A stretch of DNA of 64,000 nucleotides, taken from Candidatus Sulfotelmatobacter sp. GTDB taxonomy: Bacteria > Acidobacteriota > Terriglobia > Terriglobales > Acidobacteriaceae. The position numbers were made by a program, and so were the translations under genes. Numbering within the stretch: the stretch's first letter is position 1; each line of letters opens with the position of its first letter. The stretch covers positions 2,028 to 66,027 of the forward strand of contig DATFQQ010000217.1 in assembly GCA_035264195.1 (NCBI GenBank), written 5' to 3'. The notes below the pieces were generated by a model that was given only the letters and a program-made list of their open reading frames with translations, was not told where the DNA came from and did no database searches. Below are positions 19,157 to 28,018 of the stretch, in pieces.

Positions 19157-20746
19157 TCATTTACCTCCGCTTGGAGAGTTGTGCACCGACTCTGCTACCG
19201 CGATCAGAGCGGGCAAGACATTTCCGAGAGCATTTCCATTCCGTTGTCCCAACGTGAAATAGAGCTCTTTATATAGAGGGTAGAGTTTTCCATACGTCCG
19301 GGATTCGGATTCGTTGGGCATGAAAGTTCGATTTGGTGGACAGATTCTGTCTTGTGCTTCTTCAACGGTCTTGAACGTTCCAGCGGCCAGAAAAGCGAAA
19401 ATGGCCGAGCCGAGGCTGACCACGCTCTTACTTGGCACCAGAACTGGACGTCCAAGCACGTTCGCATACACCTGGTTCAGAACGTCGTTCTTTTGCGGGA
19501 TGCCACCAGCATTGATGACCCGCTTAATTTGCACTCCATGATCGGCCATCCGATCAAGGATTACTCTGGTGTGGAACGCGGTCCCTTCGATTGCCGCGAA
19601 GAGTTCGTCTTGAGCAGTGCTTTGCAGATTCCACCCCAGCGTAACTCCACGCAAATTGGGATTCACGAGGACAGTGCGGTCTCCGTTATCCCAGGTCATG
19701 CGTAACAACCCGGTTTGTCCTGCGCGATATCTCTTGAGCCCACTCGTCAATGTGCCGACGTCCGTTCCTGCGCGCACCGCGATCGAACTAAAGATGTCTC
19801 CCACGGCGGAGAGGCCGGCTTCAATTCCGGTGCGCAGTGGATGTACGCTGCCGTGGACAACTCCGCACACTCCTGGAACTAAATTCACTGACGGAGTAAT
19901 ACCAATGATGCAGGTCGACGTTCCGATCACATTGACCATGTCATCGGTTCGGCAACCTGCGCCGATCGCATCCCAATGAGCGTCGAAGGCGCCGACCGGA
20001 ATCGGGATTCCTGCAGAAAGGCCGAGTTGTTCCGCCCAATGAGCGGAGAGTTTGCCAGCAATCTGATCAGAAGTGGCGTACTGACCATCGAGTTTAGCCC
20101 GGATCCCTTGAAAGAGAGGATCTACTTTGACGAGAAAGCTCTCGGGAGGGAGACCTCCGAGTTGCGCATTCCAGAGCCACTTGTGGCCCATGGCGCAGAT
20201 GCTTCGCTTCACCTGCTTTGCATCAGTTATGCCGCTCAGGGTCGCGGCTACCATGTCGCAATGCTCAAAGGCTGAGACAAAGTCTGAGCGTTTGTCCGGG
20301 TTGTGGCGAAGCCAATGCAGGAGCTTGGAAAATCCCCACTCGGATGAATAGATTCCACCGCACCAATCAATCGCTTGCAGCTTCTCTCGGTGGGCTATTT
20401 CCGTGATCTCGGCAGCTTCACCCTTGGCGCGATGGTCGCACCACAGGTAATACTCACCGAGGGGCTGCAGATTCTGCCCCACGGGAATGACCGATGAGCC
20501 GGTGGTATCGAGCGCGATAGCCAGTACTTGATCGCCGCGAACGCCGCTCTTCTTCAGGACGTCACGGGTCGCCAGAGCGAGCGACTGCATATGGTCCTGA
20601 TGCGATTGAGTGGCATACTCAGGATCCTCGCGCTTTCTGTGCAGTGGATATTCCGCAGTTGCAGACTCGATCAATCCCCGGTCGCTGTCGACGAGGGAAA
20701 CACGAACGCTTAGAGTTCCAAAATCTACTCCAGCAACGATCGCCAT
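19157..20746 (-). CDS. araB: ribulokinase (FGGY family)
   Basis: Collinear by eye with E. coli AraB: MAIVAGVDFGTLSVRV, GGIYSSEWGFSKLLH, GAFDAHWDAIGAG, VIGTSTC, GGIPQKN. No signal peptide. Confidence 0.85.
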   Translation of the reverse strand: MAIVAGVDFGTLSVRVSLVDSDRGLIESATAEYPLHRKREDPEYATQSHQDHMQSLALATRDVLKKSGVRGDQVLAIALDTTGSSVIPVGQNLQPLGEYYLWCDHRAKGEAAEITEIAHREKLQAIDWCGGIYSSEWGFSKLLHWLRHNPDKRSDFVSAFEHCDMVAATLSGITDAKQVKRSICAMGHKWLWNAQLGGLPPESFLVKVDPLFQGIRAKLDGQYATSDQIAGKLSAHWAEQLGLSAGIPIPVGAFDAHWDAIGAGCRTDDMVNVIGTSTCIIGITPSVNLVPGVCGVVHGSVHPLRTGIEAGLSAVGDIFSSIAVRAGTDVGTLTSGLKRYRAGQTGLLRMTWDNGDRTVLVNPNLRGVTLGWNLQSTAQDELFAAIEGTAFHTRVILDRMADHGVQIKRVINAGGIPQKNDVLNQVYANVLGRPVLVPSKSVVSLGSAIFAFLAAGTFKTVEEAQDRICPPNRTFMPNESESRTYGKLYPLYKELYFTLGQRNGNALGNVLPALIAVAESVHNSPSGGK

Positions 20747-20847
20747 CAGCAGGCTCCGTGGGTACAGTTGGTGAAAAAGCGTGCAAAGTCCCGGGTCGCT
20801 ATATATTTCGAGTCATTTCTCATCAAGGGATCCGCAAGGGCACTGTG

Positions 20848-20861
20848 AGTAATCGTTTTCC
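20848..20861. promoter_or_regulatory. LacI-type operator AGTAATCGTTTTCC
   Basis: Centred on CG at 20854-20855, 11 nt downstream of the minus-strand -10 candidate and about 100 nt upstream of the araB start. Confidence 0.55.
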
Positions 20862-20871
20862 TGAAGCACCT

Positions 20872-20900
20872 ACATTAGTCCGCCGCCTTGTGAAATGCAA
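20872..20900 (-). promoter_or_regulatory. sigma70-like promoter TTGCAT-N17-TAATGT (minus strand)
   Basis: Reverse complement of 20895-20900 is TTGCAT. Reverse complement of 20872-20877 is TAATGT. The spacer is 17 nt. It would drive the araB-mutarotase-GH39 operon. Confidence 0.45.
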
Positions 20901-20972
20901 CCATTTCAAAGCACATGCCGAAGGCGTCTGAGAGCTGATATTTCAGTCAACGGCTGGTCTAGTGAGAACAAG

Positions 20973-22043
20973 TCAGCGGGCGGGTGTGCCGGGAATCCTC
21001 CGCGGGGGGATGCGGTTGGCTTTCGATTGCGTGGCTGCGCCATTTCCACTAGCAGCAAGAGCGGTAGACCGGCGGAGCACCAGATTCGTCATCAACTCGT
21101 ACTTATGGTGCTCGTCGGATCGAGGTTCGTCGACTTCGTTCAACAATGCTTTGAATGCGATCTTTGCCAGTTCATGCTGCGACATTTGCACGGTCGTTAA
21201 TGGTGGGATCGTGAACTCAGCCAGGTGAATGTCGTCGAATCCAACCACGGACAACTCGTCGGGAACTTTGACGTTCAGCTCATACGCTTCACGCATCACG
21301 CCGATGGCCGTCATATCGTTTGAACAGAGAACAGCGGTTGGTGGCTGATCGAGAGCATGAAGTTCCCGGAAGGCTTTCATTCCGCCTTCCATCTTGTGAT
21401 CCCCGACGGCGATCAGGTCCGCGGAAAGTCCAATTTCCGTCATCGCAGTCTTGAATGCATCACGGCGGGCAGCAGCGGACTTCAGGTGTTGTGGTCCCGA
21501 GATAAACGCAATTCGCGCATGGCGCAAGGCCGCCAGGTGCTGCACGGCCTGCCGGATTCCGTTCAGGTAGTTGATTCGGATATTGGCGATTCCAGGGACA
21601 TCGGGACCGACGTCTACGAACACGAGAGGGACCTTCCTATCCCGAAGGTGCTCAATGAGAGACTCCTCCATACCGAAGGTTAAGATCGCCACGCCATCGA
21701 CCCGGCGTTCAATCATTCTTCTAACAGAGGATTCCATCCGCTTCGGGTCGTGCACGGTGGACGTCAGCAGGATCTCGTAATTGTTTTCGACGGCTAGATT
21801 CTCGAAGGTTTGAACAATCTCGGGGAAGAAGGGGTTCGTGATTTCGGAAACGATCAATCCAAAGATGCGGCTTCGGCCCAGGACAAGGGCACGAGCTTGG
21901 GTATTGGGATAGTAGCCGAGTTCGTCCACAACTCTCCAGACACGCTTTGCGAGTTGCGGATCCACCGTCGGGACACGGTTTATTGCCCTGGATACAGTTG
22001 CGGTGGAGACTTTGGCCCTCCGGGCGATCTCACGAATGTCCAT
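20973..22043 (-). CDS. LacI-family transcriptional regulator
   Basis: N-terminal HTH MDIREIARRAKVSTATVSRAINRVPTV followed by a periplasmic-binding-protein-like sugar-binding core. Confidence 0.9.
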   Translation of the reverse strand: MDIREIARRAKVSTATVSRAINRVPTVDPQLAKRVWRVVDELGYYPNTQARALVLGRSRIFGLIVSEITNPFFPEIVQTFENLAVENNYEILLTSTVHDPKRMESSVRRMIERRVDGVAILTFGMEESLIEHLRDRKVPLVFVDVGPDVPGIANIRINYLNGIRQAVQHLAALRHARIAFISGPQHLKSAAARRDAFKTAMTEIGLSADLIAVGDHKMEGGMKAFRELHALDQPPTAVLCSNDMTAIGVMREAYELNVKVPDELSVVGFDDIHLAEFTIPPLTTVQMSQHELAKIAFKALLNEVDEPRSDEHHKYELMTNLVLRRSTALAASGNGAATQSKANRIPPRRIPGTPAR

Positions 22044-22099
22044 GGGGTTACGGGGAAGGACTTACGCGCGATCATATTACCACAGGTTTTGTTCACTGC

Positions 22100-22113
22100 G
22101 GAAAACGTTTTCC
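22100..22113. promoter_or_regulatory. LacI-type operator, perfect palindrome GGAAAACGTTTTCC
   Basis: A perfect 14-bp inverted repeat, 57 nt upstream of the LacI-family gene start and 21 nt after the stop of the 933-aa gene. It suggests autoregulation. Confidence 0.65.
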
Positions 22114-22133
22114 ATGCATCCCGCCCCGGCGCG

Positions 22134-24935
22134 TCACTGACCTGCGGCGAGTTGTAGCCAGGTCGTTCCAGTACCGAGCGGGACTCCATAGGAGCCTCTC
22201 TCGGAATTCAACCGAGACTTCGGGAGATAAGTACCCACACCACTAAGCTTTGCCGGTTGCTCGATTCGTAACCTAGCCTCGCGTGTGGACTCGTTTGATC
22301 TGGAGAGTCCGACACGCACAATGCCCGTATTGGGATCCAACTCGAGAGCATCGAAAGTGCCTGCCTCCAAAGTCAGCCACAAACCAAGTGGGGCCACAAA
22401 AATTCGCTGGCGCGACGAGTCGCGTGGTGTGACCGACACCGCTCCGTCCCGCATTTTCACGTTTCCGCCAAACGCTACCCATCCGTATTCGGGATGATTT
22501 ACGAGATACGTGGCCGTATTCCAGGCGTGGCCAAAGAAATTTGGACCGTAATCTCCGGTGTAAGGATCGGGCTTTAGCATGTCGGGGAAGGAGTGGAAGG
22601 CGGCCGCTGCGAATCCTTCTTCGTCAATGTCGGTGAGGGCTCCCATCGTTCCGCCGTACCCAACTCGCAGGAGATAGAAGTCGTCGGGATGCTCGCGGAA
22701 CTCCGAGAGCAGCGGAATTGCGTTGAGGCCTGAACCATAGTGGTGAAGTTGGCGCTCGAGCCGGCGATCTTTCGCGGCAAAGATGAAGTCCCAGTAGCGC
22801 CGCGCGCTGCCGTTGTAGCCCCAATGCGGGATTGCCGGATCATAGCCGAGGATCGCGTTCAGGGTTACCTCAGCCTTATCGTTGTAGCCGAAATATTTCG
22901 TCCACGCATATACCTCTTCTTGCCCAGTGGAATCCCATGGCATCTCGCTTCCGAAGGGATACGCCTCGCTCTTCCAGCGATCAGCGCGGGATCGCATTTT
23001 GCTTTCGAGCGCATCCGCCTGCTCCTTCATGTTTTCGCGCTTCAGGTCTTCCTGGATCGCGACAAAGATCGAGCCTTCCATCTGTCCGAATACAGAAAGG
23101 TCCTCGGCGTACTTGGTCATCGCCATCGATGTCTCATATGCCTGATTGAGGTACCAATCCCAACTATGATTCGTGACCAGCCCTTGATGGTTACGAGCCA
23201 GGCGATAGAGGACCCAATACGCTGCGGCTACATGTGGGTAATCGTACGAACGGTCAACGGCTTCCGACGCTTGCTTGTTCCAACTAGTCCAGGACTTCCA
23301 ATCGAAGTTGCTGTTGTAATAGTTGGGGGGCATCTGGTCGGGCTGATAGTAAAAAAGGCTCTTGCGGACTCCGTAGCCGTGTGGACCCTCCTTCGACTGC
23401 AATACTCCCCAAAGGACGTTGTCTACGAACTGCTGGATCTTGATCAATTCATCCTTGTCCGGTTGGACGAACTCTTTCATCAACGCGGCCAGCCAGGATC
23501 CCGCACCGCCTTCATCGCTCAGACCAGCAATCCAGACTCGACTATCTTGCAACACCACCTGATTGACTTCTCGATCGTACGTGATCGCGGAAGGCGCACG
23601 ATGGAATGGATCATTCGAGTCAGTGATCCATTGGCGGGTTGTGAGAAAGCGACCCATGTCATCGACAGCTTGCGTCGAGGGCTTGATCACGAAGTATTGA
23701 ATGACTTGTTTTGTGCCGTCAGTGTACGTGACCGTCAGGCGAGAGCGTCCCCAGGTTTTCCCGCGGAGTGTGTAAGCTTTCTGTCCATCCCGCGTGGGTG
23801 AATCTTCGTGAATCTCGATCGCTGACGCTGGTTCGACCTTCAGCGAGGAAACAGGCTCGCTGTACTTGAGGAACAAGCGGCCTTCGATGTCCTCGGGAAG
23901 CACATATCCAGGAATTCCAACCGCAACGGGCCTGTGATTTTCCGCTAGAGTTGATTCGATGTGGCGAATGGAGTCAGACAGTACGAACTGGAGTCCATAT
24001 GTTTTCGATTCACCCGGCTTTAGCGTGACGCTGGTTGGAGGGTTCCACGGCTGAGCGTTGCGCCATTCATTTTCAGCGTAGGCCTGACTGTGCACCATCC
24101 ATTCGTAGAAGCCTTCGAACGTGATGCCTCGGGGAGTGGGATCGGTGAAGACAGGCTTAGCTCCCCACGGTGGTCCTTTGTGATCGAGGATTGGGTTATA
24201 CGCTTCGAACGGGGTCTTGCCTTCTGGAATCACAAGCAGTGCTGGACCGTGACCATTCAGCCTTGTGACCTGGAGGTAGCCAGCGTCTTCACCGATGTAG
24301 GGATCATAAAACGAGCAGATCGCGTGGGCTTGTTCCAGAGTTCTGTCGTTGAGAACGTTGTTGAAGATCATCGGGATCCCGAGCGCCCCGATCTGCACCA
24401 GCTTTTCGGATTTGTTCTTGAGCAGGAAGCGCAGGGTGAGTTTTCCATTTTCAACGCTCCAAGTCCTCGTAATCTGAAGCGGAATGTCTGCTGGTAGTGT
24501 TGGTGCCAGATCTGAACTGGCCAGCACGCTTCCTGAAGATGGCAACTCGCGAACTGGGGTTCGTGCCGCCGCACTCGAATAGTGGGCCCAATCTCCCGAA
24601 CCCTGTGTCCGCAGACGCAGCGTGAGATCACCTAAGTGAAAGTATCCGTTTTGTGAGCGGGCAACCAGCAAATCTCCAGGAGTAAAGTCGAAGCCGTCGG
24701 CGCCTTTGGGCTTTAGGACAGCGACCGTTTGCGATGACCGCACCAGGCTAAGGGTGAAATCAGGAGTTTCATAGTTAGCGATCCCTTGCTCCAGCATCGG
24801 CCCCGGCACAGGAGGTTTCTTCTCCTCCGGCTTTTGAGCCGAAGCAGTTGCAACCACGGCTGGCAGAGCAAATATAAGGACGGAGAACAAAATATTTTGC
24901 AACGATCGGCTACGCCTCACCTGATCATTCCTCAT
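22134..24935 (-). CDS. large exported protein of unknown function (933 aa), candidate novel glycan-active enzyme
   Basis: Long uninterrupted ORF with protein-like composition. Sec signal SLQNILFSVLIFALPAVVATASAQ followed by a Pro/Lys-rich linker. I recognise no catalytic motif. It starts 11 nt after the upstream dehydrogenase stop. Confidence 0.8.
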   Translation of the reverse strand: MRNDQVRRSRSLQNILFSVLIFALPAVVATASAQKPEEKKPPVPGPMLEQGIANYETPDFTLSLVRSSQTVAVLKPKGADGFDFTPGDLLVARSQNGYFHLGDLTLRLRTQGSGDWAHYSSAAARTPVRELPSSGSVLASSDLAPTLPADIPLQITRTWSVENGKLTLRFLLKNKSEKLVQIGALGIPMIFNNVLNDRTLEQAHAICSFYDPYIGEDAGYLQVTRLNGHGPALLVIPEGKTPFEAYNPILDHKGPPWGAKPVFTDPTPRGITFEGFYEWMVHSQAYAENEWRNAQPWNPPTSVTLKPGESKTYGLQFVLSDSIRHIESTLAENHRPVAVGIPGYVLPEDIEGRLFLKYSEPVSSLKVEPASAIEIHEDSPTRDGQKAYTLRGKTWGRSRLTVTYTDGTKQVIQYFVIKPSTQAVDDMGRFLTTRQWITDSNDPFHRAPSAITYDREVNQVVLQDSRVWIAGLSDEGGAGSWLAALMKEFVQPDKDELIKIQQFVDNVLWGVLQSKEGPHGYGVRKSLFYYQPDQMPPNYYNSNFDWKSWTSWNKQASEAVDRSYDYPHVAAAYWVLYRLARNHQGLVTNHSWDWYLNQAYETSMAMTKYAEDLSVFGQMEGSIFVAIQEDLKRENMKEQADALESKMRSRADRWKSEAYPFGSEMPWDSTGQEEVYAWTKYFGYNDKAEVTLNAILGYDPAIPHWGYNGSARRYWDFIFAAKDRRLERQLHHYGSGLNAIPLLSEFREHPDDFYLLRVGYGGTMGALTDIDEEGFAAAAFHSFPDMLKPDPYTGDYGPNFFGHAWNTATYLVNHPEYGWVAFGGNVKMRDGAVSVTPRDSSRQRIFVAPLGLWLTLEAGTFDALELDPNTGIVRVGLSRSNESTREARLRIEQPAKLSGVGTYLPKSRLNSERGSYGVPLGTGTTWLQLAAGQ

Positions 24936-24946
24936 TTCTTGCAGAA

Positions 24947-25825
24947 TTATTGGTTCGAGCGCGATGAAAACTTGCTGACGGCGGAGAAATCTTCATCGCC
25001 ATAGCCTTCATCAACGGCGGTCTCAAAAATCGAACGCGCCGCCGTAACCGTCGTCAGCGCGACGTCTCTCGCGGATGCCTCTTGCAGAGCGTAGGACAAG
25101 TCTTTAGCCATCCAACGCAATGCGAAATTAGGGGCGAAATCGTTGTTAACCACGCGATCGGCCACGCGCTTGACGATACCGCTTCCTGGTGCACCGCTAG
25201 TCAAGATCGATAGGGCTTTCACGCGGTCCAGATCGCTGGCTTCTATGAAGCGCAACGCCTCAGCCAGTGATGCGGCCTGTACACCGCAAACAAAATTGTT
25301 CACGAGTTTCATCAGCGCCCCGCTGCCATTCGGGCCGAGGTGAATCGTCTCTCGTCCCATCACGGAAAAGACCGGTTGTGCTGCCACGACGTCAGCGGCA
25401 GATCCGCCCACAAGAAACGTCAATTCGCCGGAGGCGGCATGGGGCCTGGTGCCGGTCACGGGAGCATCCAGAAACCGGCAGCGATGCCGAGCTGCATTTG
25501 AAGCAAGTTCGTGAATCCAGCCAGCGCTGAGGGTGCTGCATTCGATCAGAAGGGAATTTACTGTTGTTCCGGCAAGTGCGCCCTGCTCCCCGAGCCAAAT
25601 GCTATGAGAGGCTTCATCGTTGGCGACCATGCTGATGATGATTTCCGAACGCGCCGCGGCCTCTCGTGGCGTAGTGACGGCTGTTGCGCCTTGTTTGACG
25701 AGAGGAGCGCATTTCTCCCGGTTGCGGTTGTAGACAGTTAAAGGGAAACCGGCGGAAACCAAGCGCCCGGCCATGCCAGACCCCATGATGCCCAGTCCGA
25801 GGATTGCAACAGATGGTTTCGACAT
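24947..25825 (-). CDS. NAD(P)-dependent beta-hydroxyacid dehydrogenase (3-hydroxyisobutyrate/6-phosphogluconate dehydrogenase-like)
   Basis: ORF 24947..25975, trimmed to the ATG at 25825, giving MSKPSVAILGLGIMGSGMAGRL (a GxGxxG Rossmann start). Confidence 0.85.
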   Translation of the reverse strand: MSKPSVAILGLGIMGSGMAGRLVSAGFPLTVYNRNREKCAPLVKQGATAVTTPREAAARSEIIISMVANDEASHSIWLGEQGALAGTTVNSLLIECSTLSAGWIHELASNAARHRCRFLDAPVTGTRPHAASGELTFLVGGSAADVVAAQPVFSVMGRETIHLGPNGSGALMKLVNNFVCGVQAASLAEALRFIEASDLDRVKALSILTSGAPGSGIVKRVADRVVNNDFAPNFALRWMAKDLSYALQEASARDVALTTVTAARSIFETAVDEGYGDEDFSAVSKFSSRSNQ

Positions 25826-25830
25826 GTTTC

Positions 25831-26832
25831 TTATCCAAGTGGTACTACGTTCATGATTGCAGGCGTTGCTCTGTCGATGCACACAGGATTTCGTAGAGGC
25901 CTGCCATAGCCCTCGACAGCGACCTGCATCATGTCGCCGTCCGCTAGACGAATGTTGTCGCTGAAGCTCAGGCAATCCGTTCCAAAGAAGTGCACATGCA
26001 CGTCACCTCTTCTACGGTGCGCCTGGTACTTGAAATGGTGATGCTCGATGTTCGCGAGGCTGTGACACATTTCGGAGTCACCGCTGCGGAAAGTTTTGGT
26101 CCAGAGGGCCTTCCCGTCACGCTCGATTGTCACAACAACTGGTACCGATTCAAACTCCGGGTCGAGCACTAACTCCGGCCCGAGTGCACAAGAGCGAAGT
26201 TTGGAGCCGGCCAAATTAAGGTAATTCTTCTTTTCGAATTGATGATCTGAAAATTCATTTCCTGCGGCGAGGCCAAGACGGTAAGGCTGACTGTTCGGCC
26301 CGATCAGATACACGCCTGCGATCTCGCCCTCTTCTCCGCCATCTTCGGCGTAGCAGGGGATGTCGAGCGGTTCGCCGTGAGCGCGCAAGATGCAGCCGCT
26401 TCCTTTATAAAACCACTCTGGAGGGGTACCGATATGGCCCGCCACGGGGCGACCGCCTTCCACGCCCCAGCGAAACATCTTCATGCTGTCGGTGAGGCTT
26501 TCTTCTTTTGTGGCGTGCATCGACTGCCGGTTCCGGGCGCTGCCAAGATGGGTGAGTCCAGTTCCTGAAATGAGGCATCGGGCGGGTTCCTCCGGTTGAT
26601 CGATTGCCGGAAGCAACTTCCATTCCGACTCGCCGCGATAGATCGGGTCGTAGTCGATCGCGTCGTGCCTCGCACGTTGTCGCGCGATGTCACTCAACTT
26701 TTCTCCAGCCTCGATCGCGATGTGTGCCAGTTCATAAATCGAGCGGCAGGAATCCAACAGGCGAACTCCGGGCTCTTCGACTAGAGCAACTCGCCGATCC
26801 TGGTCCTTTTTGATTTGAATCAGTCGTGTCAT
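25831..26832 (-). CDS. fumarylacetoacetate-hydrolase-superfamily protein (GguC/AraD1-like)
   Basis: ORF 25831..26934, trimmed to the ATG at 26832 (MTRLIQIKKDQDRRVALVEE...). The family call comes from overall resemblance to GguC-type FAH-fold proteins and has not been checked by search. Confidence 0.6.
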   Translation of the reverse strand: MTRLIQIKKDQDRRVALVEEPGVRLLDSCRSIYELAHIAIEAGEKLSDIARQRARHDAIDYDPIYRGESEWKLLPAIDQPEEPARCLISGTGLTHLGSARNRQSMHATKEESLTDSMKMFRWGVEGGRPVAGHIGTPPEWFYKGSGCILRAHGEPLDIPCYAEDGGEEGEIAGVYLIGPNSQPYRLGLAAGNEFSDHQFEKKNYLNLAGSKLRSCALGPELVLDPEFESVPVVVTIERDGKALWTKTFRSGDSEMCHSLANIEHHHFKYQAHRRRGDVHVHFFGTDCLSFSDNIRLADGDMMQVAVEGYGRPLRNPVCIDRATPAIMNVVPLG

Positions 26833-26845
26833 TCCGTTGCCGGCA

Positions 26846-28018
26846 TTACTCGATGATCTCGAATTGCTTGAGCCCAGATTCATTGATCGTGAGTCCGAGG
26901 CCGGGCGTGTGGTCATCGAGATCGATGCTTCCATTTACAGCTTTCGGCTCGCCGTCGAAGATGTACCAGAACAGCTCGTTTCCGACTTCAACGTCGACCA
27001 CAGGGAAATACTCCGCCATCGGCGAATTAAAGCTGGACATCACCAGATGGTAGTTGTGCATTTGTCCTGCATGCGGAACCACAGGGACGGAGTAAGCCTC
27101 GGCGAGTGCGGCGATCTTCCTCGCCTGCGTCAAGCCGCCCACGCGGTTGGTATCAAATTGGATGTAGTCCAGGGCATGTGCTGCCAGCAGTTCTCTGAAG
27201 CCGTAGACAGTGAACTCGTGTTCGCCGCCGGCAATCGGGATTCGTCCGTAAGACTTCAGTTCGGCGTAACCATGGATATCGTCTGGTACCACTGGCTCTT
27301 CAAGCCAGCGAAGATGGAACGGTTCAAGTAGCGGTAGCATTCGCTTGGCGTAATCGAGGGTCCATCCCATGTAAGCATCTGCCATTACATCGATTTCATC
27401 GCCCACTGTTTCCCGCACTGTCTGTACCAGTGCAATATTCTTCTGCATGCCCAGAGCGCCATCGGCGGGCCCCCAACCAAAGCGCAGCTTCATCGCTTGA
27501 TAGCCCTCACTCTTGTAGCGACTGGCCTCTGCTGCCAATTCCTTAAGTTCCACGCTATAAAGACGGGACGCGTAAACGGGAATGCGCGCTTTCGTCCTGC
27601 CGCCAAGCAGCCGAAAGACGGGCTGTTTGGCCGATTTTCCAATTAGGTCCCAGAGCGCGAGATCCACGGCGCTGATCGCAACCATGCCGATTCCCTTACG
27701 CCCGAAAGCCATGGTTTTGCGATACATGAGTTGCCAAAGACGTTCAACGTCCCAGGGAGCCTGGCCGATCAGGAGCGGCTTGAGATGCAAGTCGACGACG
27801 TGCTTCGTAACTTGTGGGGAAAGAGCCGCATTGCCGACGCCGACATGTCCGTCGTCGGTGAAAATCTCGACGATCAGCCAATCGTGGAACTTGAACGTTG
27901 GCATCGAGGCATCGGGCAGTTCGAGAAGGTCCATCGGATTCGTGCAGAAGTGCGGCGGGAGCGGGACGGTTTTTCCGCGCCAACGAACGACTCGAGTTCG
28001 AACTTCGTTAACTCTCAA
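26846..28018 (-). CDS. enolase-superfamily sugar-acid dehydratase (L-rhamnonate/L-fuconate dehydratase-like)
   Basis: Resembles E. coli RhmD by eye: ISAVDLALWDLIGKSAKQPVFRLLGG, MADAYMGW, LRWLEEP, IAGGEHE (metal ligands), VPHAG. The TTG start overlaps the MFS stop by 4 nt. Confidence 0.8.
   Translation of the reverse strand: MRVNEVRTRVVRWRGKTVPLPPHFCTNPMDLLELPDASMPTFKFHDWLIVEIFTDDGHVGVGNAALSPQVTKHVVDLHLKPLLIGQAPWDVERLWQLMYRKTMAFGRKGIGMVAISAVDLALWDLIGKSAKQPVFRLLGGRTKARIPVYASRLYSVELKELAAEASRYKSEGYQAMKLRFGWGPADGALGMQKNIALVQTVRETVGDEIDVMADAYMGWTLDYAKRMLPLLEPFHLRWLEEPVVPDDIHGYAELKSYGRIPIAGGEHEFTVYGFRELLAAHALDYIQFDTNRVGGLTQARKIAALAEAYSVPVVPHAGQMHNYHLVMSSFNSPMAEYFPVVDVEVGNELFWYIFDGEPKAVNGSIDLDDHTPGLGLTINESGLKQFEIIE

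Noticed and set aside
22740-23801. 353-aa plus-strand ORF, and many similar long antisense ORFs (for example 2723-3331, 6373-7164, 33255-33848, 36202-36873, 55753-56277, 62209-62946).
   Set aside because: Each lies entirely antisense to a long, motif-supported gene. The translations are Arg/Ser/Pro-rich and low in complexity, with no start context. These are typical shadow ORFs of GC-rich coding DNA.
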